Shown here: positions 1-9,165 of the stretch, one piece after another
How the letters are laid out: every line of letters begins with the position of its first letter
How positions within the stretch are numbered: the first letter of the stretch is position 1
NCBI GenBank assembly: GCA_021771575.1
Contig: JAETOX010000003.1
Coordinates: 10,550 to 74,549, forward strand
Direction of reading: 5' to 3'
DNA from: Bacteroides sp.
GTDB taxonomy: Bacteria; Bacteroidota; Bacteroidia; Bacteroidales; Marinifilaceae
DNA length: 64,000 bases
Made by a program: the position numbers and the translations under genes
The notes under the pieces: generated by a model
Database searches by the model: none
What the model was told of the DNA's origin: nothing
The model's input: the letters and a program-made list of their open reading frames with translations, nothing else

Positions 1-693
1 AAAACCGGAAAAAGCGGTATCCAAGGCAAAGTTGTAATTTCCGATATAATTCAAATAACACAAATACCCGACTTTTGTACCTTGCAGTTCATATTTGCGG
101 GTGGCATACACCGGATTTTCTTCTATCCGGGCCGGTGTCAAATGAAGCGTTTGCGGAGCGGAATAAAGGCCGTTTTCGTATTTGCTGACACCGATTGTAA
201 TGCTGGATTGGCCGAACAGTTGATGGAGAGTGGTTTCCGTGAGGGCTTGTCCGTTTAAGGAAGAGACCAGGTCGCCCCGTTCGATACCGGCCAGCGCAGC
301 AGGAGAACCGGGATATACATACGAAACTATGGCTCCGACTTTTGTTTGGGTCTCATCCAGCCAGGTATAGGTGAATGCATACCCGAAAGTTGTCTCTACC
401 CCTTGCATGCTGTTGAGAAGATCTTCGGCGTCGTCGGTAATGTGGGAAAAGAGATCTTCCTTTACCAATAATTTCTTGAAATAAGCTTCGGGATCCTGTT
501 CGTAATCCCGGTCGAGTTCCGGAATCCGGTCGTTCCAGAGATAATAGGCTTTCATATACTCGTAAATAAAACTATTTACCCGTCGGGTATAAGCCGGTGC
601 TTTCTCCGGGCCGGGAGAGTCGTCTTTCTCACAGGATAAAAGAAAAAGCGCTATCCATAAACTGCACAAGATTGCTTTGTATGAAGTCCTCAT
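1..693 (-). CDS. S41-family (C-terminal processing/PDZ) peptidase lipoprotein, 5' part; runs off the window start
   Basis: Manual translation from ATG at 693: MRTSYKAILCSLWIALFLLSCEKDD (lipobox LLSC), YYLWNDRIP, PDZ-like VSYVYPGSPAALAGIERGDLV, then KVGYLCY. The frame is open to position 1. It is absent from the ORF track because it has no stop in the window. Confidence 0.85.
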   Translation of the reverse strand, partial: MRTSYKAILCSLWIALFLLSCEKDDSPGPEKAPAYTRRVNSFIYEYMKAYYLWNDRIPELDRDYEQDPEAYFKKLLVKEDLFSHITDDAEDLLNSMQGVETTFGYAFTYTWLDETQTKVGAIVSYVYPGSPAALAGIERGDLVSSLNGQALTETTLHQLFGQSSITIGVSKYENGLYSAPQTLHLTPARIEENPVYATRKYELQGTKVGYLCYLNYIGNYNFALDTAFSGF

Positions 694-709
694 AACGATA
701 TGTTTGGTT

Positions 710-747
710 CAAAGATAGAAATAATTATTGAATTCTTTTTAACTTTG
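710..747. promoter_or_regulatory. Divergent Bacteroidota housekeeping -7 boxes (S41 peptidase / rsgA)
   Basis: TATCTTTG on minus (710-717) and TAACTTTG on plus (740-747) match the TAnnTTTG consensus, each just upstream of a start codon. Confidence 0.65.
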
Positions 748-783
748 TCCTGTGAAAGAGATATGTTTTTCAAATAAGAGGAT

Positions 784-1701
784 ATGGAAAAAGGGATAGT
801 CGTCAAATCTACCGGGAGTTGGTACATCGTTCGTAAGGAAAACGGAGAGACGGTGCAATGCCGGATTCGGGGAAAATTCCGGATGGAAGGCATTCGGACC
901 ACCAATCCGCTGGCGGTGGGAGATCAGGTGGACGTGGAAAAAGAAAACGACGGTTATACCATTACAGCCATCGGGAAACGGCGCAATTACATCATCCGGA
1001 AATCGACAAACCTGTCGAAAGAATCTCACATTATTGCGGCGAATGTCGACATGGCCTTGTTGATCGCAACCGTGAATCATCCCGTCACTTCGCCTGTATT
1101 CATCGATCGTTTTCTGGTGACAGCCGAAGCCTACAACATTCCGGCCGTATTGGTTTTCAATAAAACGGATTTGTATGATCCCGAAGATCAGGCTATGTTG
1201 GGCGGATTAATGGCTATTTACCGGAAAATCGGATATCCTTGTTATACTGTCTCTGCCGTTACGGGCGAAAATGTGGAAGCGGTGAAGCAACTGCTGAAAG
1301 ATAAGACTACAGTGCTGTCGGGAATATCCGGTGTAGGTAAATCTTCTTTGATCAATCGGATAGAGCCGGGCTTGGAGCTGAAAACCGCAACGATTTCCGA
1401 TGCTCATGATTCGGGCAAACATACCACTACTTTTGCTGAAATGTTTCCTTTGCAGGAGGGCGGTTATATTATCGATACGCCGGGGTTGAGGAGTTTCGGT
1501 ATTATCGATATCAGGAAAGAAGAGTTGTCACATTATTTCCCGGAAATTTTTGCACAGGCAAAGAATTGCCGTTTTTATAATTGCACCCATACCCACGAAC
1601 CCGGCTGTGCGGTGCGAGAGGCTGTTGAGGAAAACGAAATCAGCGAAAGCCGCTACCTGAGTTATCTGGGGATGATGGAGGAAAGCGGAAAATATCGGTA
1701 A
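784..1701 (+). CDS. rsgA: Ribosome small subunit-dependent GTPase A
   Basis: Circularly permuted GTPase motifs NKTD, GISGVGKSS, GKHTTT, DTPG, plus Zn finger CRFYNCTHTHEPGC. Confidence 0.97.
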   Translation: MEKGIVVKSTGSWYIVRKENGETVQCRIRGKFRMEGIRTTNPLAVGDQVDVEKENDGYTITAIGKRRNYIIRKSTNLSKESHIIAANVDMALLIATVNHPVTSPVFIDRFLVTAEAYNIPAVLVFNKTDLYDPEDQAMLGGLMAIYRKIGYPCYTVSAVTGENVEAVKQLLKDKTTVLSGISGVGKSSLINRIEPGLELKTATISDAHDSGKHTTTFAEMFPLQEGGYIIDTPGLRSFGIIDIRKEELSHYFPEIFAQAKNCRFYNCTHTHEPGCAVREAVEENEISESRYLSYLGMMEESGKYR

Positions 1702-1803
1702 ACCTACAGGCTCGAATAATTTCCCCAATATTTTCAAATAGGTAATAAAATTTCTGTGTCCCTACCGGATACAGGCGGTATTTTTGTGTCATATCACAAA
1801 AAG

Positions 1804-1849
1804 CTGATTGGCAATGTCTTCCCACGATTAAATTCGGAGCAGATTCGGA
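1804..1849 (-). repeat. 46-bp dispersed repeat, copy A (inverted homolog of 59348-59393)
   Basis: Reverse complement TCCGAATCTGCTCCGAATTTAATCGTGGGAAGACATTGCCAATCAG aligns to 59348-59393 at 42 of 47 columns. Confidence 0.85.
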
Positions 1850-2061
1850 TCAATTTTACCGCATTTTCAGTGCTAATATAGAGGATGAATAAATTTGATT
1901 TGAATATGATCTGGTAGGACACGATTTAGGTAATAGTATTAATATAGCGGATCCGATATAAATGATGAGAAAAGGGATAAATACCCTTGCAAATAATTTT
2001 GTGCTTGCAGGAAGAAAGTACTTTTTTTCAGTTTTTACTTTTTAGTTTTTGCATTTTGTAC

Positions 2062-2069
2062 TATCTTTG
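2062..2069 (+). promoter_or_regulatory. -7 promoter box for yceD-rpmF
   Basis: TATCTTTG, 22 nt before the GTG at 2091. This argues against the ORF-track TTG start at 2049. Confidence 0.65.
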
Positions 2070-2090
2070 CGCCGTTTTATTTTAAGTGAC

Positions 2091-2603
2091 GTGGACAAGT
2101 TGAGAGAATATAAGATTGCATTCAGGGGATTGGGAGAGGGCAGGCACTCTTTCCATTTCACGATGGACAACGTTTTTTTCGATTGTTTCGAGACAACGAA
2201 AGGCACTGTTGGACAAGTGGATGCGGTGGTCGAAATTCTCAAAAGTTCTTTGTTGATGGAAGTTAAAATAAAAATCGCCGGAGTAGTGAAGGCCACTTGC
2301 GACCGTTGTTTAGGCGAACTGGATTTACCCATAGCGGGTGAAATGAGTTTGATTGTCAAACAAAGCGGACGCGAAGAGGGTAATGATGACGATTATATTA
2401 TCGTAGCGCCGGAGGACGACTTTATAGACCTCAGTGTCTACCTGTATGAAATCTACCTGTTGAATTATCCCATACGGGTCGTACACGAAGAAGGAGGCTG
2501 TGATAAAAGCATGCAGAAAGTACTGGACGAGTACATACTTGAAGAAGATGATAAACCAATAGACCCCAGGTGGGACGAATTGAGGAAATTAATTAATAAC
2601 TAA
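2091..2603 (+). CDS. YceD/DUF177 family protein
   Basis: CDRCL motif and C-terminal DPRWDELRKL, directly upstream of rpmF. GTG start chosen downstream of the promoter box. Confidence 0.9.
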   Translation: MDKLREYKIAFRGLGEGRHSFHFTMDNVFFDCFETTKGTVGQVDAVVEILKSSLLMEVKIKIAGVVKATCDRCLGELDLPIAGEMSLIVKQSGREEGNDDDYIIVAPEDDFIDLSVYLYEIYLLNYPIRVVHEEGGCDKSMQKVLDEYILEEDDKPIDPRWDELRKLINN

Positions 2604-2616
2604 AAATAACAAAGAA

Positions 2617-2802
2617 ATGGCACATCCCAAACATCGAACCTCAAAACAGAGAAGAAATAAGAGAAGAACGCATGATGCGATTACAGTAACCGCCATTGCG
2701 AAGTGCTCTAACTGTGGTGCTGCTGTACAGTATCATACAGTATGTCCTGAATGTGGATATTACAGAGGAAAGTTGGCTATTGAAAAAGCAGTAGTAGCAT
2801 AA
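2617..2802 (+). CDS. rpmF: 50S ribosomal protein L32
   Basis: MAHPKHRTSKQRRNKRRTH and Zn-ribbon CSNC...CPEC. Confidence 0.97.
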   Translation: MAHPKHRTSKQRRNKRRTHDAITVTAIAKCSNCGAAVQYHTVCPECGYYRGKLAIEKAVVA

Positions 2803-2840
2803 TCTTGTCACTAAAGGATTATTTTAGCATTATACCAGCC

Positions 2841-2863
2841 AGCCTCCTATAGAATAGGGGGCT
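2841..2863 (+). terminator. Hairpin after rpmF (terminator or stabiliser)
   Basis: AGCCTCCTAT-AGA-ATAGGGGGCT, 10-bp stem with one G-U pair and a weak U tail. Confidence 0.45.
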
Positions 2864-2895
2864 AAGCTTGTTTATAAAGTAATTAATTTATAGCT

Positions 2896-3903
2896 ATGCA
2901 GATGAATAGACCGAAAGCCATAATAACCGGAGTAGGGGCATATTATCCCGATTATATTCTCGATAACGAGGAGTTGAGCCGTATGGTAGACACCTCCGAT
3001 GAATGGATTATGACCCGGGTGGGGATTAAAGAGAGACATATTCTGAAAGATCCTGCAAAAGGAAGTGCCTGGATGGGAGCCCGGGCAATAGAGAATTTGT
3101 TCGAAAAAACGGGGACAAAACCGGAAGAGGTGGATTTATTGATTTGTGCTACAGTGACTCCCGATATGCATTTTCCGGCTAATGCACAGGTGATCGCCGA
3201 CATGGTTGGAGTCAAAAATGCATTTGGTTTTGATTTGAATGCTGGCTGTTCCGGATTTCTTTTCGGATTGGTTACAGCAACGCAATATGTAGAGAGTGGG
3301 CGCTATAAGAAAGTAGTTTTTGTCGGTTGTGAGAAAATGTCGGTCATCACCGATTACACCGATCGTAAAACCTGTCCTTTGTTCGGAGATGCTGCCGCTG
3401 CGGTGTTGCTGGAACCGACAGAAGAAGAATTAGGAGTGATGGACCATATCTTGCGGGCAGATGGTATGGGACGCGATCATTTATATATGAAAGCGGGTGG
3501 GTCGCTCAATCCTCCTTCCATCGAGACCGTCACGAACCGGGAACATTATATTTATCAGGACGGACAGTTTGTGTTTAAACATGCTGTGACGAAGATGGCC
3601 GATACCGCGGCAGAAATTATGGAGAAGAATAACCTGACCTCGGACGATATTTCCTGGTTGGTGCCGCATCAGGCAAATTTGCGGATTATTTCTGCCACCG
3701 GAGAACGGATGGGACTCGATCCTTCGAAAGTGATGGTGAATATACAAAAATATGGAAATACCACTTCTGCAACAATTCCGCTATGCTTATATGAATGGGA
3801 AAATCAGCTCCATAAGGGAGATAATCTGATTTTGGCGGCTTTCGGTGCCGGATTTACCTGGGGAGCGATTTGGCTCAAATGGGCATACGATCCGAAAGAA
3901 TAA
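2896..3903 (+). CDS. fabH: 3-oxoacyl-ACP synthase III
   Basis: Catalytic [13 protein letters not shown] and GNTTSA motifs. Confidence 0.96.
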   Translation: MQMNRPKAIITGVGAYYPDYILDNEELSRMVDTSDEWIMTRVGIKERHILKDPAKGSAWMGARAIENLFEKTGTKPEEVDLLICATVTPDMHFPANAQVIADMVGVKNAFGFDLNAGCSGFLFGLVTATQYVESGRYKKVVFVGCEKMSVITDYTDRKTCPLFGDAAAAVLLEPTEEELGVMDHILRADGMGRDHLYMKAGGSLNPPSIETVTNREHYIYQDGQFVFKHAVTKMADTAAEIMEKNNLTSDDISWLVPHQANLRIISATGERMGLDPSKVMVNIQKYGNTTSATIPLCLYEWENQLHKGDNLILAAFGAGFTWGAIWLKWAYDPKE

Positions 3904-3976
3904 AGAAAATATCTGTTAAACCGGATCATCGACCGGGATGTGAACTTTTAAAATAAGTCAAGAGATCAAAATCTGT

Positions 3977-4004
3977 TAAAAAAGCCGCGTATGCGGCTTT
4001 TTTA
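3977..4004. terminator. Intrinsic terminator after fabH
   Basis: TAAAAAAGCCGC-GTAT-GCGGCTTTTTTA: GC stem with A/T tracts on both sides. Confidence 0.9.
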
Positions 4005-4046
4005 TTTCGATTACTTGTTATATCTTCGGAGAGAATTTGAGGATTT

Positions 4047-4397
4047 ATGAATCAGGAAGGTTTTGATACGGATTATGAGGGGAACCGTATTCTGGCGGAT
4101 GTCAGAATCGACGGAAATCTGAAAGCAGATAAAAGTATTTGTTTGGATGGAATGATCCAGGGAGATGTTCATACATCAAGATTATTGATCGTAAGCAAAG
4201 GAGCATTGATCGAAGGGAATGTGAATTGTGATGAGCTCTACATTTTTGGAAAAATTACGGGAAATGTGTGTGTGACCCGGAAAACGGTTATGGGAGCGGA
4301 AGCCGTTATTGAAGGTGGTTTAATGACGGATTGTTTGGAAATAACTCCCGGAGCCAGAATAGGAAAAGGTCTGAAATTAAAAAAAGCGTCGAAATAA
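4047..4397 (+). CDS. Bactofilin (polymer-forming cytoskeletal protein)
   Basis: Beta-helix repeats IDGNLK, LDGMIQGDV, IEGNV, IFGKITGNV. Confidence 0.88.
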   Translation: MNQEGFDTDYEGNRILADVRIDGNLKADKSICLDGMIQGDVHTSRLLIVSKGALIEGNVNCDELYIFGKITGNVCVTRKTVMGAEAVIEGGLMTDCLEITPGARIGKGLKLKKASK

Positions 4398-4415
4398 ATA
4401 AAGAGTGTAATTATT

Positions 4416-4781
4416 ATGAGTAAAGAAAATCCGGGTAATACCGTCAACTTGTTGTGCGAAGGGACGGTGATCATGGGAGATGTGAAAACGAAAAACGATA
4501 TTCGCATAGATGGAAATATCAAAGGGAAAATTATTACTTCCGGAAGATTAGTCGTTGGAAATACAGCAAAAATAGAAGGGAATATTGATTGTGTGAATGT
4601 GGATGTTTTAGGAGAAATTGTCGGTGATATAGAGGCTTCCGGAACGGTTTTGCTGAAAACACCCGCCAAAGTAACCGGTAACATTGTTGCTGCTGTCATT
4701 TCTGTCGAGCCGGGGGCTGCCTTCAACGGAAATTGTCAGATGGTGAAGAAAGAAACTCTGGAAGCAGCAAAACATAAATAA
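4416..4781 (+). CDS. Bactofilin (polymer-forming cytoskeletal protein)
   Basis: TVIMGDV, IRIDGNIKGKI, IEGNI, VTGNI, VEPGAAFNGNCQM. Confidence 0.92.
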   Translation: MSKENPGNTVNLLCEGTVIMGDVKTKNDIRIDGNIKGKIITSGRLVVGNTAKIEGNIDCVNVDVLGEIVGDIEASGTVLLKTPAKVTGNIVAAVISVEPGAAFNGNCQMVKKETLEAAKHK

Positions 4782-5540
4782 ATGAGGGCTTTAATTTTAA
4801 TACCGGCACGGTATGCCTCAACCCGTTTCCCGGGGAAACCGCTGGCGTCAATCGGTGGGAAGCCGATGGTCCGGCATGTCGTAGAAAAAGCCTGTTTGGT
4901 GACTCAGGATGTATATGTGGCGACCGACGACCGGCGTATCTACGATTGTGTAGAGGAATTCGGAGGACAGGTTGTCATGACGGCTGTGGAACATCGTAGC
5001 GGAACCGATCGTTGTTTTGAGGCTTACCGGCATATTGTCGCGAAGACCGGTGAGGTTTTCGATGTGGTGGTCAATATTCAGGGAGATGAACCTTTTATTT
5101 CACCCGATCAGGTAAAAGCTTTGATCGGATGTTTTGAAGAGCCCGACATTCAGATAGCTACGCTGGCCAGGAAATTTGATACCGCAACAGCTATTTTCGA
5201 TCCCAACAAGGTAAAAGTCGTTTGTTCTGCCCGACAGACTGCTTTATATTTTTCCCGTTCGGCGATTCCGTTTTGCCGGGGTGTGGAACCGGAGAAATGG
5301 ATTTCGGTTTTGCCTTTTTATAAACATATAGGCATGTATGCCTACCGTCCTGAAGTATTGAAAGCCATTACAGCCCTGCCACAGGGCTTATTGGAAAAAG
5401 CTGAATCACTCGAACAATTGAGATGGTTAGAGAATGGTTATAACATTGCCGTCCGTTTGACAGAACACGAATCGATCGGCATCGATACCCCGGAAGATCT
5501 GCAAAAAGCAAATGAGGTCTACGTTAACCGGAGCATTTAA
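4782..5540 (+). CDS. kdsB: 3-deoxy-manno-octulosonate cytidylyltransferase
   Basis: IPARYASTRFPGKPL, SGTDR, VNIQGDEP, LEQLRWLENG, IDTPEDL. Confidence 0.96.
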   Translation: MRALILIPARYASTRFPGKPLASIGGKPMVRHVVEKACLVTQDVYVATDDRRIYDCVEEFGGQVVMTAVEHRSGTDRCFEAYRHIVAKTGEVFDVVVNIQGDEPFISPDQVKALIGCFEEPDIQIATLARKFDTATAIFDPNKVKVVCSARQTALYFSRSAIPFCRGVEPEKWISVLPFYKHIGMYAYRPEVLKAITALPQGLLEKAESLEQLRWLENGYNIAVRLTEHESIGIDTPEDLQKANEVYVNRSI

Positions 5541-5550
5541 AAATCAAAAA

Positions 5551-5605
5551 GTCGAAAAGGTAAACCCATATGTTTAACCTTTTCGACTCTTTTAACCTTT
5601 TCGAC
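5551..5605. repeat. Tandem plus inverted short-period array between convergent kdsB and frr (probable bidirectional terminator)
   Basis: GTCGAAAAGGTAAAC (5551-5565) pairs with GTTTAACCTTTTCGAC (5572-5587). TTTAACCTTTTCGAC is exactly duplicated at 5573-5587 and 5591-5605. Confidence 0.8.
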
Positions 5606-5607
5606 CT

Positions 5608-6171
5608 TTAGATTGTCATAATATCTTTTTCTTTCTGAGCGAGGATCTCGTCAATCTTTTTATTGTAATTGTCGGTCATTTTCTGCATTTCCGTTTCTGC
5701 ATCTTTGGCGGCATCTTCGGGAAGTCCGTTTTTGACCATTTTTTTGAACTCGTCGATAGCGTCGCGGCGGGCATTACGGATGCTTACCTTGGCCGTCTCT
5801 CCGATTCCTTTGGATTGTTTGGCCAGTTCTTTACGTCGTTCGGCCGTCAGCGGCGGTACGGCAATGCGGACAATCTCTCCGTTGTTGTCGGGGTTAAAGC
5901 CTAAATTGGCATTCATAATCGCTTTCTGAATGGGCCCCAGCATGTTTTTTTCCCAAGGCTGAACGGCAATTGTCCGAGGATCCGGCGCTGTAATGTTGGC
6001 TATCTGGGACAAAGGCGTCGGTGATCCGTAATAGTCCACTAAAACATCGTTCAGGATTTTGGGATTCGCTTTACCGGCCCTGATTTTTGCCAGTTCGTTT
6101 TCGAGGTGTGTCAGTGCATTTTGCATCTGTTCTTTAGCCTCGTCCATGTACAGTTTTACTTCCTCGTTCAT
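5608..6171 (-). CDS. frr: Ribosome recycling factor
   Basis: KIRAGKANP, VDYYGSPTPL, IAVQPWEK, PPLTAERRKEL, SIRNARRD. Confidence 0.97.
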   Translation of the reverse strand: MNEEVKLYMDEAKEQMQNALTHLENELAKIRAGKANPKILNDVLVDYYGSPTPLSQIANITAPDPRTIAVQPWEKNMLGPIQKAIMNANLGFNPDNNGEIVRIAVPPLTAERRKELAKQSKGIGETAKVSIRNARRDAIDEFKKMVKNGLPEDAAKDAETEMQKMTDNYNKKIDEILAQKEKDIMTI

Positions 6172-6203
6172 AGGTTTGCTCTATTTGTTAATCAATGATA
6201 AAG

Positions 6204-6362
6204 CAAAGATAGGAATTATCCGATTGAGGAACAAAATCTTTCCGATTTTTTCAGCGGGCATCTGAATCCTGGGGTATTTTCGGAATTTGTCTGTTAATTC
6301 TTTTTCTGCGATAAGATAAAATCCGGCAAATGTGATTTTTCACAATTTTAGCCTTACCTTTG
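6204..6362. promoter_or_regulatory. Divergent -7 boxes for frr and the U32 gene
   Basis: TATCTTTG on minus (6204-6211) and TACCTTTG on plus (6355-6362). Confidence 0.65.
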
Positions 6363-6388
6363 CCGCCAATACAGCATTAATCGGGAAT

Positions 6389-7645
6389 ATGACGAGAAAA
6401 GATTTTGAAATAATGGCTCCGGTCGGTTCATACGAGTCCTTGCATGCAGCTTTGCAAGGGGGGGCAGATTCCGTTTATTTCGGGGTAGAGGGCTTGAATA
6501 TGCGGGCCCGTTCGTCCGCTAATTTTACGCTGGATGATCTGCAACGTATCGTTTCGATTTGTTCGGAACGGGGGGTAAAGACTTATCTGACAGTGAATAC
6601 GGTGATTTATGATCAGGAATTACCGAAAATGCGTCAGGTAATCGAAGGGGCCAAAGAAGCGGGGGTAACTGCGATCATCGCTTCCGATCTTGCAGCTATT
6701 TTATATGCTTTCGAACTGGGCGTTGAGGTGCACATCAGCACCCAATGCAATGTTTCCAATTTCGAAGCCTTGCGTTTTTTCGCCCGTTATGCCGATGTCG
6801 TTGTTTTAGCCCGGGAAGTGGCTATGGAGCAGGTTATGGAGATTCATCGCCAGATTCTGGAGCACGATATCCGGGGGCCGAAAGGGGAATTAGTCAAAAT
6901 AGAAATGTTCGCTCACGGGGCGTTATGTATGGCGGTTTCGGGAAAATGCTACCTTAGTTTACATGAAAAAAATGCTTCGGCTAACCGGGGAGCCTGTTAT
7001 CAGATTTGCCGCAGGGCTTATACCGTGAAAGACCGCGATCATGAAGTTGAGCTCGATATTGAAAACGAATACATCATGTCGCCCAAAGATCTCTGTACTG
7101 TGGGCTTTATCAATAAAATGATAGATGCAGGGGTTCGGGTATTCAAAATAGAAGGACGTGCCCGTTCTGCCGAATATGTGCGTACGGTCTGTGAATGTTA
7201 TCATGAAGCAGTATGCGCATACCTGGAAAATACTTATACGGCAGAAAAAATTCAACTTTGGAAACAGCGCTTGGCTACAGTGTTCAACCGGGGCTTTTGG
7301 GATGGCTATTATTTAGGCCAGCGGTTGGGGGAATGGAGCGAGGTATATGGTTCCAAAGCTACCAAAAAAAAGATCTTATTGGGGAAAGTTACGAATTACT
7401 TTACTAAATTACAGGTTGGAGAATTTAAGCTGGAATCTTATGACTTGCAGGTAGGAGATGAAATTCTCATACAGGGGCCTACAACCGGAACCATCAACTT
7501 GACCGTACCCGAAATCCGGGTAGAGCTCATGCCGGTGGAGAAAGTAGAAAAAGGGGTTTTGTTTTCTATTCCGGTCAACGAAAAACTCCGGAGAGGGGAT
7601 AAACTCTATAAATGGGTAGATACCACGCCCGAGTTGATGCAGTAG
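6389..7645 (+). CDS. Peptidase U32 family protein (TrhP/RlhA-like Fe-S hydroxylase family)
   Basis: MAPVGS, GADSVYFG, HISTQ, EMFAHGALCMAVSGKCYLS...NRGACYQICR, FKIEGRARS. ATG 6389 chosen because the promoter box lies inside the longer ORF. Confidence 0.9.
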   Translation: MTRKDFEIMAPVGSYESLHAALQGGADSVYFGVEGLNMRARSSANFTLDDLQRIVSICSERGVKTYLTVNTVIYDQELPKMRQVIEGAKEAGVTAIIASDLAAILYAFELGVEVHISTQCNVSNFEALRFFARYADVVVLAREVAMEQVMEIHRQILEHDIRGPKGELVKIEMFAHGALCMAVSGKCYLSLHEKNASANRGACYQICRRAYTVKDRDHEVELDIENEYIMSPKDLCTVGFINKMIDAGVRVFKIEGRARSAEYVRTVCECYHEAVCAYLENTYTAEKIQLWKQRLATVFNRGFWDGYYLGQRLGEWSEVYGSKATKKKILLGKVTNYFTKLQVGEFKLESYDLQVGDEILIQGPTTGTINLTVPEIRVELMPVEKVEKGVLFSIPVNEKLRRGDKLYKWVDTTPELMQ

Positions 7646-7740
7646 CCGATACTTTTCTCAATAGTATGCTATGAGCTGATACAGCATACCATTCTGAAAG
7701 GGTCGGTTTTCAACATCTATCCGGATTTTCGGCATATATC

Positions 7741-9153
7741 CTAACGTTTTTTCCAGTGCTGGAAAAACCATGCTTTCAAAGAAATAAAACCGATTCGTAC
7801 GAGTTGGGGATAGCTTTCCTCTAATTCCCGGCTCACCATAAGGGGCCATTTCCAATTATTGTAGCTCAACTGCACCGCTCCGGTGAGAAACACTACTCCG
7901 GTAATTCCCCAATTGGTAAAATATAAAGAAGTGAAAGAAAAAGAGGCAATCAGAAAACCGGAAATCAAAGCGGCATTCAGATAAGGAACCTCGTTGCGGG
8001 TGGTGATGAGCGTAGCAGCCATACCATGATTAGACTCCAGAAACTGTACTGCCAAAATCAATAAAAGTGGCGTTAAAGGCAACAAATGAGTTTTACTATG
8101 TACTAACTCTAAAGCCCAGGGACCGATAACCACCAAACAAAGGGCGCCGGTAACATATAACAGATAAAAAACAAACAGACTCTCTCCGAATATTCTGCGG
8201 ATTTCGGAAAGATTATGATCGATTCGGTCTTTATAAATTTCCGGAATATGCGTGCTTAAATAAAGAGGAGATACGCCGGCCAGGATATTCACTAAATTTA
8301 TAGTCAGACCGTAACTGGCAACGGTTTCCAGCGATAAAAACATAGAAATGAATAACAGATTCCCTTTTTGGACAAAATATCCTCCTATACTGCTCAATCC
8401 GTTTTTTTTAGCATTTACCCATAAAATCGGCAACAATTTCTCTGTAGTAGGTTCATGCTCCTTCAACATTTGTCGGAGTCCGTTTTTATAAAAAAAACGG
8501 ATAGCCAATACCCGGTTTAGGACAATGGATAACAAATTGCCACCTGCCACTGCCAGTAAGCCATATCCGGCGAGCAATCCCAGGGTTGCTGATAACAAAT
8601 AGATAGAACGGGTGATGATAATCAATTGATTGTTTTCTTTTACAAACCCCCGGCCCACTAAAAGGGAATTATAATAAGAATAATAAAGATTCAGCACAGT
8701 AGAAACGATGTAAATATACCAGGAAAACATGATATACTCCTCCTCCGGAAGATGGCCGGCCCGGTTGTGAATATACCAGCTTCCGGCTGTCAAAAGAAGA
8801 AAAAACACAACCAGCGAGATCAGTCCGTAAAAATGCTTCATCACCGAAATGATATTTTTCAGCAAAGGATAGTTCGGATAATCCAGATGCTGTTGTCCCT
8901 GATCAATCCCTTCGGCCTGGAGTTTGAGTGCACCACTGAAAATATAAGCGACATTCCGGGTAAACGTAGGCTGGAACCCAAAATCCAGCATTTGTACCAA
9001 ACTGGAAATAGTCAGAAAAATATACCATACCCCCAATATATCCGAGGGGAGCAACTGTAATATGACCGGGAGTAAGAGAATACCCGCGCCGATATTGAAA
9101 AACTGGGCGATGTACCCCCATAAAACATCTTTTTTCGTAATATTGATTTCCAT
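7741..9153 (-). CDS. Wzx-like O-unit flippase
   Basis: About 12 hydrophobic segments, QMLDFGFQPTFTRNVAY motif, located in a glycosyltransferase cluster. Confidence 0.8.
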   Translation of the reverse strand: MEINITKKDVLWGYIAQFFNIGAGILLLPVILQLLPSDILGVWYIFLTISSLVQMLDFGFQPTFTRNVAYIFSGALKLQAEGIDQGQQHLDYPNYPLLKNIISVMKHFYGLISLVVFFLLLTAGSWYIHNRAGHLPEEEYIMFSWYIYIVSTVLNLYYSYYNSLLVGRGFVKENNQLIIITRSIYLLSATLGLLAGYGLLAVAGGNLLSIVLNRVLAIRFFYKNGLRQMLKEHEPTTEKLLPILWVNAKKNGLSSIGGYFVQKGNLLFISMFLSLETVASYGLTINLVNILAGVSPLYLSTHIPEIYKDRIDHNLSEIRRIFGESLFVFYLLYVTGALCLVVIGPWALELVHSKTHLLPLTPLLLILAVQFLESNHGMAATLITTRNEVPYLNAALISGFLIASFSFTSLYFTNWGITGVVFLTGAVQLSYNNWKWPLMVSRELEESYPQLVRIGFISLKAWFFQHWKKR

Positions 9154-9165
9154 TGTAATCCAATA

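Noticed and set aside
3911-3980. Direct repeat ATCTGTTAAA at 3911-3920 and 3971-3980
   Set aside because: Two AT-rich 10-mers only, the second merging into the terminator. Too weak to interpret.
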